DNA from: a candidate division WOR-3 bacterium
Lineage (GTDB): Bacteria > Hydrothermota > Tepidihabitantia > Tepidihabitantales > Tepidihabitantaceae
Direction of reading: 5' to 3'
Length of the DNA stretch: 64,000 bases
NCBI GenBank assembly: GCA_965649295.1
Contig: CBFGKH010000002.1
Span: forward strand, 128,001-192,000
Of this stretch, positions 8,549-18,330 are shown piece by piece. A program made the position numbers and the translations under genes. Under the pieces are notes generated by a model that saw nothing but the letters and a program-made list of their open reading frames with translations, ran no database searches and was not told where the DNA came from. Position 1 is the first letter of the stretch. Each line of letters begins with the position of its first letter.

Positions 8549-11164
8549 ATGTCCGACGAGAATCAGCTCAAACTCCTCTTTATTGAAGATGACCGAATTG
8601 ACCAGCTAGCGTTTCAGCGCTTTCTGCGCGAGGCGCAACTGGATTATCGCTGTCGGATAGTGGCTTCGGTGGCCGAGGCTAAGGCCGAGCTGGCCACGGC
8701 GGCCTTTGACGTGATTGTCGCTGACTACCGGCTGCGCGACGGGACTGCATTTGAGATTCTGGCTGAGGCCGGAGCAACACCGGTGATTTTCGTCACCGGC
8801 TCGGGCTCGGAGGAGATTGCCGTGCGGGCGTTGCGGGCCGGCGCTGCTGACTATTTAGTCAAGGACCCGGCCGGCCGGTACCTGCAGTTGCTGCCGGCAA
8901 CGGTCGAGACTGCGGTCCGGCGGGCGGCTGAGGCCGAGCAGTTCCAGAAGATGACCCATGCGGTCGAGCAGAGTCCGGTGGGAGTGATGATTCTTGATGC
9001 GCTGGGCCGGGTTGAGTATGTCAACAGTCGCTATACAATGTTGACCGGCTACACGGCCGGTGAGGTGCTGGGCAAAGAGCCGCCGTTTCTGCTCTGTGAC
9101 CTGGAGCCACCGGAGTTGTATGACAGCATTCGGCAGGCGTTGCGCGAGCGCCAGAGTTGGACCGGTGAGATGCGCAATCGGCGCAAAGACGGCACAGTCT
9201 ATTGGGAGCAGCTCACCTTGTCGCCGTTCCACGGGCCGGACGGCGTGACGACGCACTTCATTCTGATTCGTGAAGACATCACCGAGCGGCGCGAGATGGA
9301 GCAGGCTCTGCGGGATAGTCGGGAGCGACTGCACCAGTTGCAGGAGAACGTGCCGGTGGGAATCTTTCAGACCACGCCAGACGGCCGTTTCCTCAGCGTC
9401 AATCGGACTGTAGTCGAGATGTTTGGGTACCGGTCGAAGGAAGAGTTGTTGCAAGTGCCGGTACGGGCGGTGTATGCGAATCCGGATGAGCGGGGTGATG
9501 TAATCGGCCGATTGAATAGTGCGGGTGCGGTGGAAAATGTTGAGCTTCTGTTGCGGCGACGGGATGGCAGTACTTTCACGGGGCTGTTTAGTGCGCGGGT
9601 GGTGTTGGGTGACGATGGCGAGCCGGACCACTATGACGGGATGTTGCAGGATATCACCGCGCGGAAGCGAGCCGAGCAGCGAATCCGCGACCAAGAGCGG
9701 AATTTCCATGCCTTGGCTGAGAACTCGCATGACGGGATTGCGATTGTCGGCACCGATGGTCTGATTCTGTATGCCAATCGCCGGAGCCGGGAGCTGACCG
9801 GTTTTTCGGCAAGGGAGCTGGTGGGCCGGCATTTTTCTGAGCTGGTGCCGCCGGAGTCGCAGCCAGAGTTGCTTGAGCGGTTCCGCAATCGGCTGGCGGG
9901 TAAGCCCGAGCCGAATGAGTACGAGCTGGAGCTGGTTGGTCGGAATGGCGAGCGCCGGCCAGTGGAGCTGGCAGCAGCCTTGACTGTTTGGGAGGGCAGG
10001 CCGGCGGTCATCTTTTCGCTGCGGGATGTGAGTGAGCGTAAGCGGCATGAGGCGGAGCGGGCCGACCGCGAGGCGAGGCTGCGCTTGCTGGTTGAGCAGA
10101 TGCCGGCAGTGCTCTGGACTACCGATTGCGAGCTGCGGTTCACTTCTTCGACCGGCTCGGCGCTGAAGCAACTGGGGCTGCAGCCGGGCGAGGTAGTGGG
10201 TAAGCCGCTGGCTGAGTATTTCGGGACAACTGATGAGCAGCATCCGGCGATTGTTGCTCATCGGCGGGCTTTGGCCGGCGAGCAGGCCCGTTATGTGTTG
10301 GAGATGGACGGCGTCGCCTTTGATAGTGTAGTGGAGCCGTTGCGTGATGCGGCTGGTAAGATTATCGGTGTTATCGGTGTTGCGCAGGATATTACTGAGT
10401 TGCGCCAAGCTGAGAATGCCCGCATGCGGCTGATTGACGAGCTTGATGCATTTGCCCATACGGTTGCGCACGACTTGAAGAATCCGCTGACAGCCGTGAC
10501 CGGGTTTTGCGAGTTCTTGCGGTGGGAGGGATCGAAGAGTGTTGACGAGCAGACTGCTGATTGTCTGCGGCAGATTGCCCTGAATGCGGCTCGGATGCAG
10601 AACATTATTGATGAGTTGCTACTTTTGGCCGGGGTGCGCAAGGCCGAGGTAAAGCCGGGGATTGTCGAAATGGGGCCGATTGTCGAACGGGCTTGGGAGC
10701 GGTTGCAGTATCTGGCCGACGAGCACCAGCCCCAGTTGATTTTGCCGGCGGAGTGGCCGGCTGCTGTTGGCTACGGCCCGTGGTTGGAAGAGGTCTGGAC
10801 GAACTATCTGAGTAACGCGATGAAGTACGGTGGCCGGCCGCCCCGGATCGAGGTTGGCGCTGAGGTGCTGGCCGAGCAGGTGCGGTTCTGGGTGCAGGAT
10901 AACGGGCCGGGCATCAGTAAGGAGGACCAGGCCAAGCTCTTCTTGCCGTTTACTCGGCTCCATCAGGCGCGGGCAACCGGCCATGGTTTGGGACTGTCAA
11001 TCGTGCGCCGGATAATGGAGAAGCTCGGCGGTGAGGCTTGGGTTGAGAGCGAGCCGGGTAAGGGGAGCCGATTTGGTTTTTCTTTGCCGCGGCCGACCAC
11101 GGCGATCGCCGTGTCTTGTGGCAGTTTGCAGGCCGGGGCGCTCGCGACCGGGCTGACCAAGTAG
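8549..11164 (+). CDS. Hybrid kinase REC-4xPAS-HisKA-HATPase
   Basis: Receiver domain, four PAS/PAC repeats ending DIT/DVS, VAHDLKNPL, G boxes. Confidence 0.92.
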   Translation: MSDENQLKLLFIEDDRIDQLAFQRFLREAQLDYRCRIVASVAEAKAELATAAFDVIVADYRLRDGTAFEILAEAGATPVIFVTGSGSEEIAVRALRAGAADYLVKDPAGRYLQLLPATVETAVRRAAEAEQFQKMTHAVEQSPVGVMILDALGRVEYVNSRYTMLTGYTAGEVLGKEPPFLLCDLEPPELYDSIRQALRERQSWTGEMRNRRKDGTVYWEQLTLSPFHGPDGVTTHFILIREDITERREMEQALRDSRERLHQLQENVPVGIFQTTPDGRFLSVNRTVVEMFGYRSKEELLQVPVRAVYANPDERGDVIGRLNSAGAVENVELLLRRRDGSTFTGLFSARVVLGDDGEPDHYDGMLQDITARKRAEQRIRDQERNFHALAENSHDGIAIVGTDGLILYANRRSRELTGFSARELVGRHFSELVPPESQPELLERFRNRLAGKPEPNEYELELVGRNGERRPVELAAALTVWEGRPAVIFSLRDVSERKRHEAERADREARLRLLVEQMPAVLWTTDCELRFTSSTGSALKQLGLQPGEVVGKPLAEYFGTTDEQHPAIVAHRRALAGEQARYVLEMDGVAFDSVVEPLRDAAGKIIGVIGVAQDITELRQAENARMRLIDELDAFAHTVAHDLKNPLTAVTGFCEFLRWEGSKSVDEQTADCLRQIALNAARMQNIIDELLLLAGVRKAEVKPGIVEMGPIVERAWERLQYLADEHQPQLILPAEWPAAVGYGPWLEEVWTNYLSNAMKYGGRPPRIEVGAEVLAEQVRFWVQDNGPGISKEDQAKLFLPFTRLHQARATGHGLGLSIVRRIMEKLGGEAWVESEPGKGSRFGFSLPRPTTAIAVSCGSLQAGALATGLTK

Positions 11165-11189
11165 CAGCGCGTGACCAGGCCGCGGCCTG

Positions 11190-12029
11190 GTGCTAGACTC
11201 TGTTGTGCCGTTCCTTGTTGACATCCTCGCTTTGGCAGTTGTTTCCTTGACAGTTGCGCTGGAGGCAAGGCGGGGCTTGTTCTGGGCCTTAGCCGACGTT
11301 CTGCGGATATTGCTGGCACTGGTCCTGGGCTTGGCCGCTTACTCGCTTGGCCACCGGCTGACCAGTAGTTACGAAGTGGGGTTTGTGGCCTTGGCAGTTG
11401 TCACCTTGCTGGTGGTGGTGCTCATTCCGCTGGCGCTGCGGCTGCTCAAACTGGACCCGGCCTGGGGTAGGAGCGGAGCAGGACGGATTGGCGGTGGCCT
11501 GATTGGTGCTGGTATCGGGATAGTGATTGTGCTCAGTTTTGCGGTCGTCGGCCATCAGATGCGGGGGCTGGGGCCGGCAATTGGCGGCTCGTGGTCGGGT
11601 GCGGCAGCGCTGGACGCATCGCCGGTCTTTTACTACTTGGCCGATGCCTTTGATATTGACATGCCGATGCTCAATCGGCGGGCGCGGCGGTTTGAGGACG
11701 AGGGATCGCTGGAACGGGCCACGCTGGTTGACCGCATCAACTACTCGCGTTTCGACGGTGCGACCTGTATCGAGTGCCGGGGCCGGGTGCGCTTTGCCGG
11801 TTACCATCGGCGGTTTGCTGTTGCGGTCTCGCCCCGGTTTGTTTGCCGGCGGTGCGGCCGGACTTCGGACGGCTGCCAGACCTTTGAGGCGTTTCATCGG
11901 ATGTACGGCCGCTGTCCGGTTGAGGTGGCGGCGCGGCTGGGGCCGATTGATTGCGGGGTCTGGCCTAATGACCGGCCGGTCTATCCGAATGGAACCTGTC
12001 CGGTCTGCGGTCGGGCGCTAGTGCGCTGA
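11190..12029 (+). CDS. CvpA-like membrane protein with Cys-rich C-terminal domain
   Basis: 4 TM helices with RRGLF motif; CIEC, CRRC, CPVC in the tail. Confidence 0.65.
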   Translation: MLDSVVPFLVDILALAVVSLTVALEARRGLFWALADVLRILLALVLGLAAYSLGHRLTSSYEVGFVALAVVTLLVVVLIPLALRLLKLDPAWGRSGAGRIGGGLIGAGIGIVIVLSFAVVGHQMRGLGPAIGGSWSGAAALDASPVFYYLADAFDIDMPMLNRRARRFEDEGSLERATLVDRINYSRFDGATCIECRGRVRFAGYHRRFAVAVSPRFVCRRCGRTSDGCQTFEAFHRMYGRCPVEVAARLGPIDCGVWPNDRPVYPNGTCPVCGRALVR

Positions 12030-13004
12030 CCGTTGGTCTTTGGCGATGAGCCGGTCGAAATCGGGGGTGGTGAGGATGCTTTCGGTGGCGGTGACGAGCA
12101 TGGCGGGGATGCCTTGCTGCTGGAGCAGGGGCAGGGCTTTGGGTCCGAGAATGAAGAGGACCTTGGACCAGCACTGGGCGAGTGTCGGGTCGGCCATGAC
12201 CACGGTGCTGCTGGCGCTGCCTTGGGCTGGCCAGCCGGTGCGCGGGTCAATGATGTGGCAACAGCGGGTGCTGTCCGGGCCGAAGCAGTAGCGTTCGTAG
12301 TCACCCGAGGTCACGACTGCCTGATTGGTCACCGCGAGGGTGGCAATCAGCGTGTCGGCGCGGGGCGAGCGGATGCCAACCCGCCAGTGCCGGTCACCCT
12401 TGCGGCCGATGGCAAAGACATCGCCGCCGATGTCAATGATTGCCGAGTCAACGCCGGCAGCACGGAGCACTTGGGCCGCGGCAGCTAGGGCATAGCCTTT
12501 GGCCACGCCGCCAAGGTCAATGGTGACATCGGGCCGCAGCTTGACCAAGGTGTCGCCGCGAAACGCAAGTGCGCCGTAGCCGACAAGCTGGCGGCAGGAG
12601 TCAATTGCGGCCCGGTCAGGGACGGCCGGGTGCCCGCTGTAGAATCCCCAAAGTCGGACCAGTGGCTCGACGGTGATGTCAAAGACGCCGTCGGAGAGCT
12701 CGCTGACCCTGAGTGCGCCGCGGACAACGGAGACGATTTCGGAATCGTGCAGTGGCTCGCCATACTGGTTGAAGCGAAAGAGCGGACTCGTGCTGTCGAG
12801 ATGGTTGAATCGGTGGTTTGTGGAGTCGAGCCGGGCAAAGGCCAGTTCGATTGCCTGGTCAGCTTGGCGGCGGGGTGCAAAGGTAGTAATCGTCACATAG
12901 GTATCAAAGAGCAGGCGGGTGGAACGGCGCAGCGTCGGCTGTCGCTCGTTGCAGGCGCTGGTCAGGCAGAGTCCCAAGAGCAGTAGCCGACAATAAGATT
13001 TCAC
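12018..13004 (-). CDS. apbE: FAD:protein FMN transferase (lipoprotein)
   Basis: Lipobox, FDITV, IDLGGVAKGY, TSGDYERY, HIIDPRTG. Confidence 0.93.
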   Translation of the reverse strand: MKSYCRLLLLGLCLTSACNERQPTLRRSTRLLFDTYVTITTFAPRRQADQAIELAFARLDSTNHRFNHLDSTSPLFRFNQYGEPLHDSEIVSVVRGALRVSELSDGVFDITVEPLVRLWGFYSGHPAVPDRAAIDSCRQLVGYGALAFRGDTLVKLRPDVTIDLGGVAKGYALAAAAQVLRAAGVDSAIIDIGGDVFAIGRKGDRHWRVGIRSPRADTLIATLAVTNQAVVTSGDYERYCFGPDSTRCCHIIDPRTGWPAQGSASSTVVMADPTLAQCWSKVLFILGPKALPLLQQQGIPAMLVTATESILTTPDFDRLIAKDQRSAH

Positions 13005-13085
13005 CGGCTGAAGTTAGTCGCGGCTACGGCTAGAGTCAAGCGGTCCAGACTTGCCAAGTCGAGGCCGGTGGTGATAATCTCGGCG

Positions 13086-14225
13086 GTGAGCAGCAGTAGC
13101 GTTGAGCAGTTGCGACGGCTCATGCCGGTGACCCAGCGACTGGTCTATCTGAACCACGCCTCGACCGGGCCGCTGCCGGCAACTGCGGTGGTGGCGATTA
13201 CCGCTTTTGCCGAGCGGGCCAGCCAGGAAGGCCAGGTGCCTTATGCGGATGCAGAGGCGATAGTAGAGGAGACGCGGGCCCGGCTGGCACGGCTGCTGCA
13301 CGTCGAACCGTCTGAGATTGCCTTCACCAAGAACACGTCGGCTGGGGTGTTGATTGCTATTGGCTCGCTCGAATGGCAGGCCGGCGACAATGTCGTATTG
13401 ATGCGCGACGACTTTCCGACTGTCACCTATCCGTTTGAACTTGTCCTGCCCGAGGTCGAGCGCCGTTATGTGACGAGCGCGGCACTCTGCGCCGACATTG
13501 GCGCGGCCCTGCGCTTGGTTGATAGCCGGACCCGGGCAGTGGCAGTGTCGTGGGTGCACTTTCTGACCGGCCGGCGCAATGACATTCGTACGCTCTGTCA
13601 GGAGTGCCGGGAGCGGGGGGTGACGACGATTATTGACGCGATTCAGGGCATCGGCGCGGTTGACCTCGACTGGAGCCAGGTGGCGGCAGACTTTGTGGTC
13701 AGTCATGGTGCCAAGTGGCTGCTTGGGCCGCAGGGCAGCGGGTTTCTCTTGGTGCGGCCAGCGACGCTGGGGCGGCTGCGGCGGTGCAACCTGGGCTGGC
13801 TTTCCTGCGAGTGGCAGGAGTTCAACGACATTTTCAGTCCGAAACCGCTCAAGGCGGGTGCGGCCCGTTACGAGGAAGGGACAAAGAACTATCTCGGTAT
13901 CGCTGGGCTGGGAGCCAGTCTCGCGCTCTTTCATGAGTTTGGCATCGCGGCAGTGGCTGAGCGGGTGCGCCGGCTGGCCGGAATGGTGCGCGAGCGGTTC
14001 GAACAGGCCGGCTACGAGGTGGTGACACCGGCTGAGCCGGAGCGCAGCGCTGGCATCATTACTGCCCGCAAGCCGGGAACCGATGCAAGCGCAGTCTTTG
14101 CCCGACTGGTGAGGGCAGGCTGTGCTTGCTCCTTGCGCGAGGGGATGCTGCGGGTCGCGCCCCATTTCTACAACACCGAGGCGGAGATTGACCGGTTCAT
14201 GACGGTCGTGGCCGATGAGCGGTAA
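13086..14225 (+). CDS. Class V PLP-dependent aminotransferase / cysteine desulfurase-like protein
   Basis: YLNHASTGP, DAIQG, HGAKWLLGP, RVAPHFYNT. Confidence 0.88.
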   Translation: MSSSSVEQLRRLMPVTQRLVYLNHASTGPLPATAVVAITAFAERASQEGQVPYADAEAIVEETRARLARLLHVEPSEIAFTKNTSAGVLIAIGSLEWQAGDNVVLMRDDFPTVTYPFELVLPEVERRYVTSAALCADIGAALRLVDSRTRAVAVSWVHFLTGRRNDIRTLCQECRERGVTTIIDAIQGIGAVDLDWSQVAADFVVSHGAKWLLGPQGSGFLLVRPATLGRLRRCNLGWLSCEWQEFNDIFSPKPLKAGAARYEEGTKNYLGIAGLGASLALFHEFGIAAVAERVRRLAGMVRERFEQAGYEVVTPAEPERSAGIITARKPGTDASAVFARLVRAGCACSLREGMLRVAPHFYNTEAEIDRFMTVVADER

Positions 14226-14991
14226 AGGCGTCACTATCAGCCTCGATAGCAGGGTGGCACTGGTGACCGGTGGGTCGCGCGGCCTGGGGCGGGCTGCAGC
14301 GCTCCTTTTGGCCCGGGCCGGGGCCGATGTGGCGATCAGCTATCATCGCAATACCCGGGCGGCAAAGCTGGTGGTTGACGAGTGCTGTGGCCTGGGCAGC
14401 AGGGCGATTGCGGTGCGGGCTGATATGGCGCAAAGCGGACAGGTAAGAAGGCTTGTCCAGACGACAGTTCAGCAGCTTGGACGACTCGACATCCTTGTCG
14501 CCAATGCCGGTATCTGGAATGAGGCGGCGATTGAGCGAATGAGCGACCAGCGGCTCGAAGAAATGCTGGCGGTCAACCTCAAGGGTGTGTTCTGGTCTCT
14601 GCGGGCCGCTGTACCGGTGATGAAGCGGCAGGGCTATGGCCGGATAATTCTCGTCTCGTCAACCGCTGGGCAGCGGGGCGAGGCGTTCCACTCGCACTAT
14701 GCTGCCAGCAAGGGCGCAATCATCGCCTTGACCAAGTCACTCGCGCCGGAACTGGCCGCGCACAACATTCTCGTCAACTGTATCGCGCCGGGCTGGTTTG
14801 ATACTGACATGAGCAAGCCAACCCTGGCCGTGCCGCGGCTGCGGCGCTGGGTGCTTGACTCCATCCCTTTGGGCCGGGTCGGTCGGCCCGATGAGTTTGC
14901 CGGCGCGGTGCTCTTTCTGGCATCAGACCTGGCGACCTTCATCACTGGCGAGATTCTGAACGTCAACGGCGGAGCAGTGCTTGTCGGCTAG
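14215..14991 (+). CDS. SDR oxidoreductase (FabG-like)
   Basis: TGGSRGLG, NAG, YAASK. Confidence 0.92.
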   Translation: MSGKGVTISLDSRVALVTGGSRGLGRAAALLLARAGADVAISYHRNTRAAKLVVDECCGLGSRAIAVRADMAQSGQVRRLVQTTVQQLGRLDILVANAGIWNEAAIERMSDQRLEEMLAVNLKGVFWSLRAAVPVMKRQGYGRIILVSSTAGQRGEAFHSHYAASKGAIIALTKSLAPELAAHNILVNCIAPGWFDTDMSKPTLAVPRLRRWVLDSIPLGRVGRPDEFAGAVLFLASDLATFITGEILNVNGGAVLVG

Positions 14992-15751
14992 GACCGGCTC
15001 AGGACGAGGCCCGACTGCCGGCGAGCGGCTGGGCATCGTCATCACCGCGACGATTATCGTCGGTTTCATCGTTGTCTTTCTGGTCGCGGGTCGGCCGATC
15101 GTTCACTATTTCCGGCATCCTGATGAGCTGCGGCTTTTAGTGCGAAGCTGGGGCGCTTGGGCGCCACTGGGCATCGTTGTGTTCCAGATGCTGCAGGTGA
15201 TTGTGGCACCACTGCCCGGTAACGCGATGTCGTTTGCGGCCGGCTATGCGTTTGGGGTCTGGCCGACGATTCTCTGGCTGATGTTTGGGGTGATACTGGG
15301 CGCGACAGTTGACTTTCTTTTGGTGCGGCTGGTCGGTCGGCAGGTGCTCCGGTTCTTTATCGCTGAGGAGCGGCTGGCGCGGCTTGATGCGGTGGTGCTG
15401 CGGCGCGGGACCTTCTATATCTTCCTGCTGCTGCTTGTGCCCAATCCGGTTGGCGATTGGGTCTATTATCTTGCCGGGCTGACTTCGATGCCGCTACTGC
15501 TCTTCTGGGGCTTGGTTCTGGTTGCCCGGCTGCCGTCGAATCTGCTCGAATGCTGGGTTGGCTCGACTGCTACCGGTTTTGGCTGGCGCGAGTGGGTGAT
15601 ACTGGCCGCAGTAGTTGGGGCACTGGCGCTCCTCTACTATCAGTTCCATGACCGAATCGAGTCCCTGCTTGACCGCATCACCGCGCAGCGGCTGAAGAAG
15701 AGCCGCCGGCAGCAAGCCGGCGGCCCGAATCAGAACGAGTCTCAGGCCTAG
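14981..15751 (+). CDS. DedA/TVP38 (VTT domain) membrane protein
   Basis: QVIVAPLPG, AGYAFG, YLAGLT motifs. Confidence 0.85.
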   Translation: MSARTGSGRGPTAGERLGIVITATIIVGFIVVFLVAGRPIVHYFRHPDELRLLVRSWGAWAPLGIVVFQMLQVIVAPLPGNAMSFAAGYAFGVWPTILWLMFGVILGATVDFLLVRLVGRQVLRFFIAEERLARLDAVVLRRGTFYIFLLLLVPNPVGDWVYYLAGLTSMPLLLFWGLVLVARLPSNLLECWVGSTATGFGWREWVILAAVVGALALLYYQFHDRIESLLDRITAQRLKKSRRQQAGGPNQNESQA

Positions 15752-17709
15752 GGCTGAACAGTCAGCTTGACGGTCGCTGTGCGGGCGCGGGTCTGGACCC
15801 GGCAGTAGTAGATACCACTGGCGAGGCCGCTAATCACCAAGGAAGAGTTGTCGAAGGCAGCGGTGCGGAGGAGCCGACCAGCGGCGTCGTAAATTGCCAG
15901 CGTGGCCGACCCGTCGAGCGGGCCAGCGGTCAATTGGAGAATGGCAGTGCCGCGGCAGGGGTTGGGGCTGACAGCAAGGAGCGGGCCGATTGGTAGCGTA
16001 GTAATCTCGCTCGTACCGGTCCAGGGTTCGCCGGCAAAGCCGACAGCGTCGAGCGCGCAGTTACTGGTCTCGTTGATACGGACATAGCGGCAGGAGTCAA
16101 GACTGCCAAGGTCGAAGCTCTGAGTGCCGGTACCAGAACCGAGGCTAGTGTAGGTGCCCCAAGGGTCAACCGCGACCTGGACAGTGTAGGAGCCGGTAGC
16201 ATAGACAGTCAGGTCAGCGCCAGGACGATTGCGGCAGGCGATTTTTGGGTCGAGTTCAAAGATGATGCTGCTGGACGGGCCGACCCGGTAGGAGCGCAGG
16301 TCAGGGGGGCCGAGTGCGTCGGCACCGGTGCCAGACAGGACATGGCTATCGTCAACCCGCTTGAGGGCAAAGACACGATAGGCGTAGTTCAGCGGTTCAC
16401 TCGTTGGCCGGGCCAGCGGAATGTTGAGCGTGACACCGCCGGTGCTCGGCACAACCACGCCGGTCAGGGTCTTAGGCTCGTAGCCGTTGGCCCAGACGCG
16501 AATATCATAGCTGCCCGGCGCGACCATCTTGTGGAAATCACCGGTCAATGGGTGGGTGTAGCTGTGCCAGCGCCGGGGACTCGTGACCTCGACCCGGGCG
16601 CAGAGCGGCTCGCCGGTAACCGAGTCGGTGACGATGCCGTTGATGCCCCAACCGGCCGCGGTCACCTGGTAGAGTAGGGCGCGGATGTTGGCAGTGCAGA
16701 TTGAGTCAATCTTCGGTCGGGTTGAGGGCAGGGCGGTCTCAATTGTGTTTGCCAGGGTGCCGAAACAGCCGAAGACCATGTCCTGACACGAGCCGTGGAC
16801 CTCATACCAGTCAAAGCCGTTGATGGGCGTCAGTCGGGTTGTGCTCGAACCGTAGGTCGAGTCAGCATAGGCCTGGGCAAGAAAGATAATCCAGGCTGAA
16901 TCGGGCGGGTCAATCGGCGTGTTGTCCCAGAGATAGTTCACATAGGCCGCAGTCGTGTGGTATTCGTACTCGTTGGTCGGGACATTCCGCTCGGAGTGGC
17001 GGCGCAGGGCGCGCGTCTCGGGCTGGCTGTAGGGAACCGCGTAGTTCTCCCATTCCCAGCCGTAGTCACGGTTGAGGTCAACACCGGCGTCGTTGGTGCG
17101 CCGGTTGGCGACGTGGCCGTCGGGGTTGAAGACCGGGATAATCTGGAACTCGCGGGTGTTGACCAGTTCCTGAATCTGGGGATTGGTGGCGTAGTTGGCG
17201 GTCAGGTGCTGGAGCAGGGCAAGGCAGATTTCGGTGCTTGTCTTCTCGTTGCCGTGATGAACGCCAATGACGCGCAGCCGCGGCTTTGGGGCTGGTGTGT
17301 GGGCGTTACCGGTTACATAGATGACCGGAATCATCCGGTTGCCGGCCGAGAAACCGAGGGTTTCGAGCCGGGTGATTTCCGGATAGAGCGAGGCCTGGGA
17401 TACAAGAATGCTGCAGGCCTGGGCATAGGTGTAGTAGGTGACAAGGTCACGCTCGGCTTGGGCCACATAGTCGTTAACAAGAACCGTGACCGGATAGCCG
17501 CGGGCGCGGATTTGCCGAATCGTCATGTCATCGGCATAGACCTGCAGGAACCCAGGGCCGGCACCGTCAACATCGAGCCGAAGCTCGCGGGCGAGAGCAC
17601 GACCAGCCTCGCGGTTAGGAATGTCAACACGGATGATGCGCACCGGCTCGGCGCCAAAGGCAGAGGCAAGTGCGACTGTCAGACAGATGAGGACAACATA
17701 GGTTTTCAT
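15748..17709 (-). CDS. M14 zinc carboxypeptidase with C-terminal T9SS sorting domain
   Basis: HHGNE, NPDG, RRTN..VDLNRDY; PNP...IYDAAGR...SGIYYC tail; signal peptide. Confidence 0.9.
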   Translation of the reverse strand: MKTYVVLICLTVALASAFGAEPVRIIRVDIPNREAGRALARELRLDVDGAGPGFLQVYADDMTIRQIRARGYPVTVLVNDYVAQAERDLVTYYTYAQACSILVSQASLYPEITRLETLGFSAGNRMIPVIYVTGNAHTPAPKPRLRVIGVHHGNEKTSTEICLALLQHLTANYATNPQIQELVNTREFQIIPVFNPDGHVANRRTNDAGVDLNRDYGWEWENYAVPYSQPETRALRRHSERNVPTNEYEYHTTAAYVNYLWDNTPIDPPDSAWIIFLAQAYADSTYGSSTTRLTPINGFDWYEVHGSCQDMVFGCFGTLANTIETALPSTRPKIDSICTANIRALLYQVTAAGWGINGIVTDSVTGEPLCARVEVTSPRRWHSYTHPLTGDFHKMVAPGSYDIRVWANGYEPKTLTGVVVPSTGGVTLNIPLARPTSEPLNYAYRVFALKRVDDSHVLSGTGADALGPPDLRSYRVGPSSSIIFELDPKIACRNRPGADLTVYATGSYTVQVAVDPWGTYTSLGSGTGTQSFDLGSLDSCRYVRINETSNCALDAVGFAGEPWTGTSEITTLPIGPLLAVSPNPCRGTAILQLTAGPLDGSATLAIYDAAGRLLRTAAFDNSSLVISGLASGIYYCRVQTRARTATVKLTVQP

Positions 17710-17844
17710 AGGTACTGGACAATCATACACCACCCCAGCGCCGGTTTCCAGCCCTGGCTAGCGACTAACCACCAAGGTCACTAAGGCACTAAGGGGTGAG
17801 AACCGGAATCCGGTCTCGCTAGTTGGTTCTCTTTTGGTTTTGGC

Positions 17845-18138
17845 AGTTCTGTCCCAAGTTCGCGGGCGAAGGCCGCGGCCAAGGCCGGTAGGAACTAGGG
17901 CGAAAAGCGATTGAGCGAGACTGGGCAAGGCCTGACCGATAGCCTTCGGCCTAAGACCGGCAGAGAGAGGATTCGAGGCTTATCAGCAGGTACAGTCACA
18001 AACACAGCCCCAAGCATGTTCTAGAAGATAGTGGCGAGCATCGTGGTAGAGACAACCTGAGTCGCGCCCGGAAGGAGCACGGGTAACCATCCCCGGGACA
18101 GAGGAGGGGGAGGTAAGGAGAAATCAGCCATCAGCTTG
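17845..18138. repeat. Degenerate 12-bp periodic array (20 units) plus conserved 54-bp head, copy A
   Basis: 19 of 20 units begin with two purines; head 18085-18138 matches 36167-36220 at 40/54 ungapped positions (manual count). Confidence 0.75.
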
Positions 18139-18330
18139 GATAGCCTCGACTTAGGCCCCAAGTCCGCGACCTGGCTCTGCACCCTAAGAATGGTGCAAGA
18201 GAATATCCTGGCTCTGGCACCGACAGTTCTTGCCGTATCTGGGCCGCTCACTTTGGCTGGGCAGTGCGTATAACCATATATGAAGGCATGATGACGAGCG
18301 ACGGTTGCAAACGCCAAACTGCTGGCTTGG

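Noticed and set aside
8855..10471. Long antisense ORFs (also 13014-14234, 39907-41610, 47287-48315)
   Set aside because: Shadows of well-supported genes in GC-rich DNA, with no recognisable motifs
17845..18084. CRISPR array or DGR interpretation of the periodic arrays
   Set aside because: No identical direct repeats with spacers, no cas or reverse transcriptase, and no template/variable pair differing only at adenines
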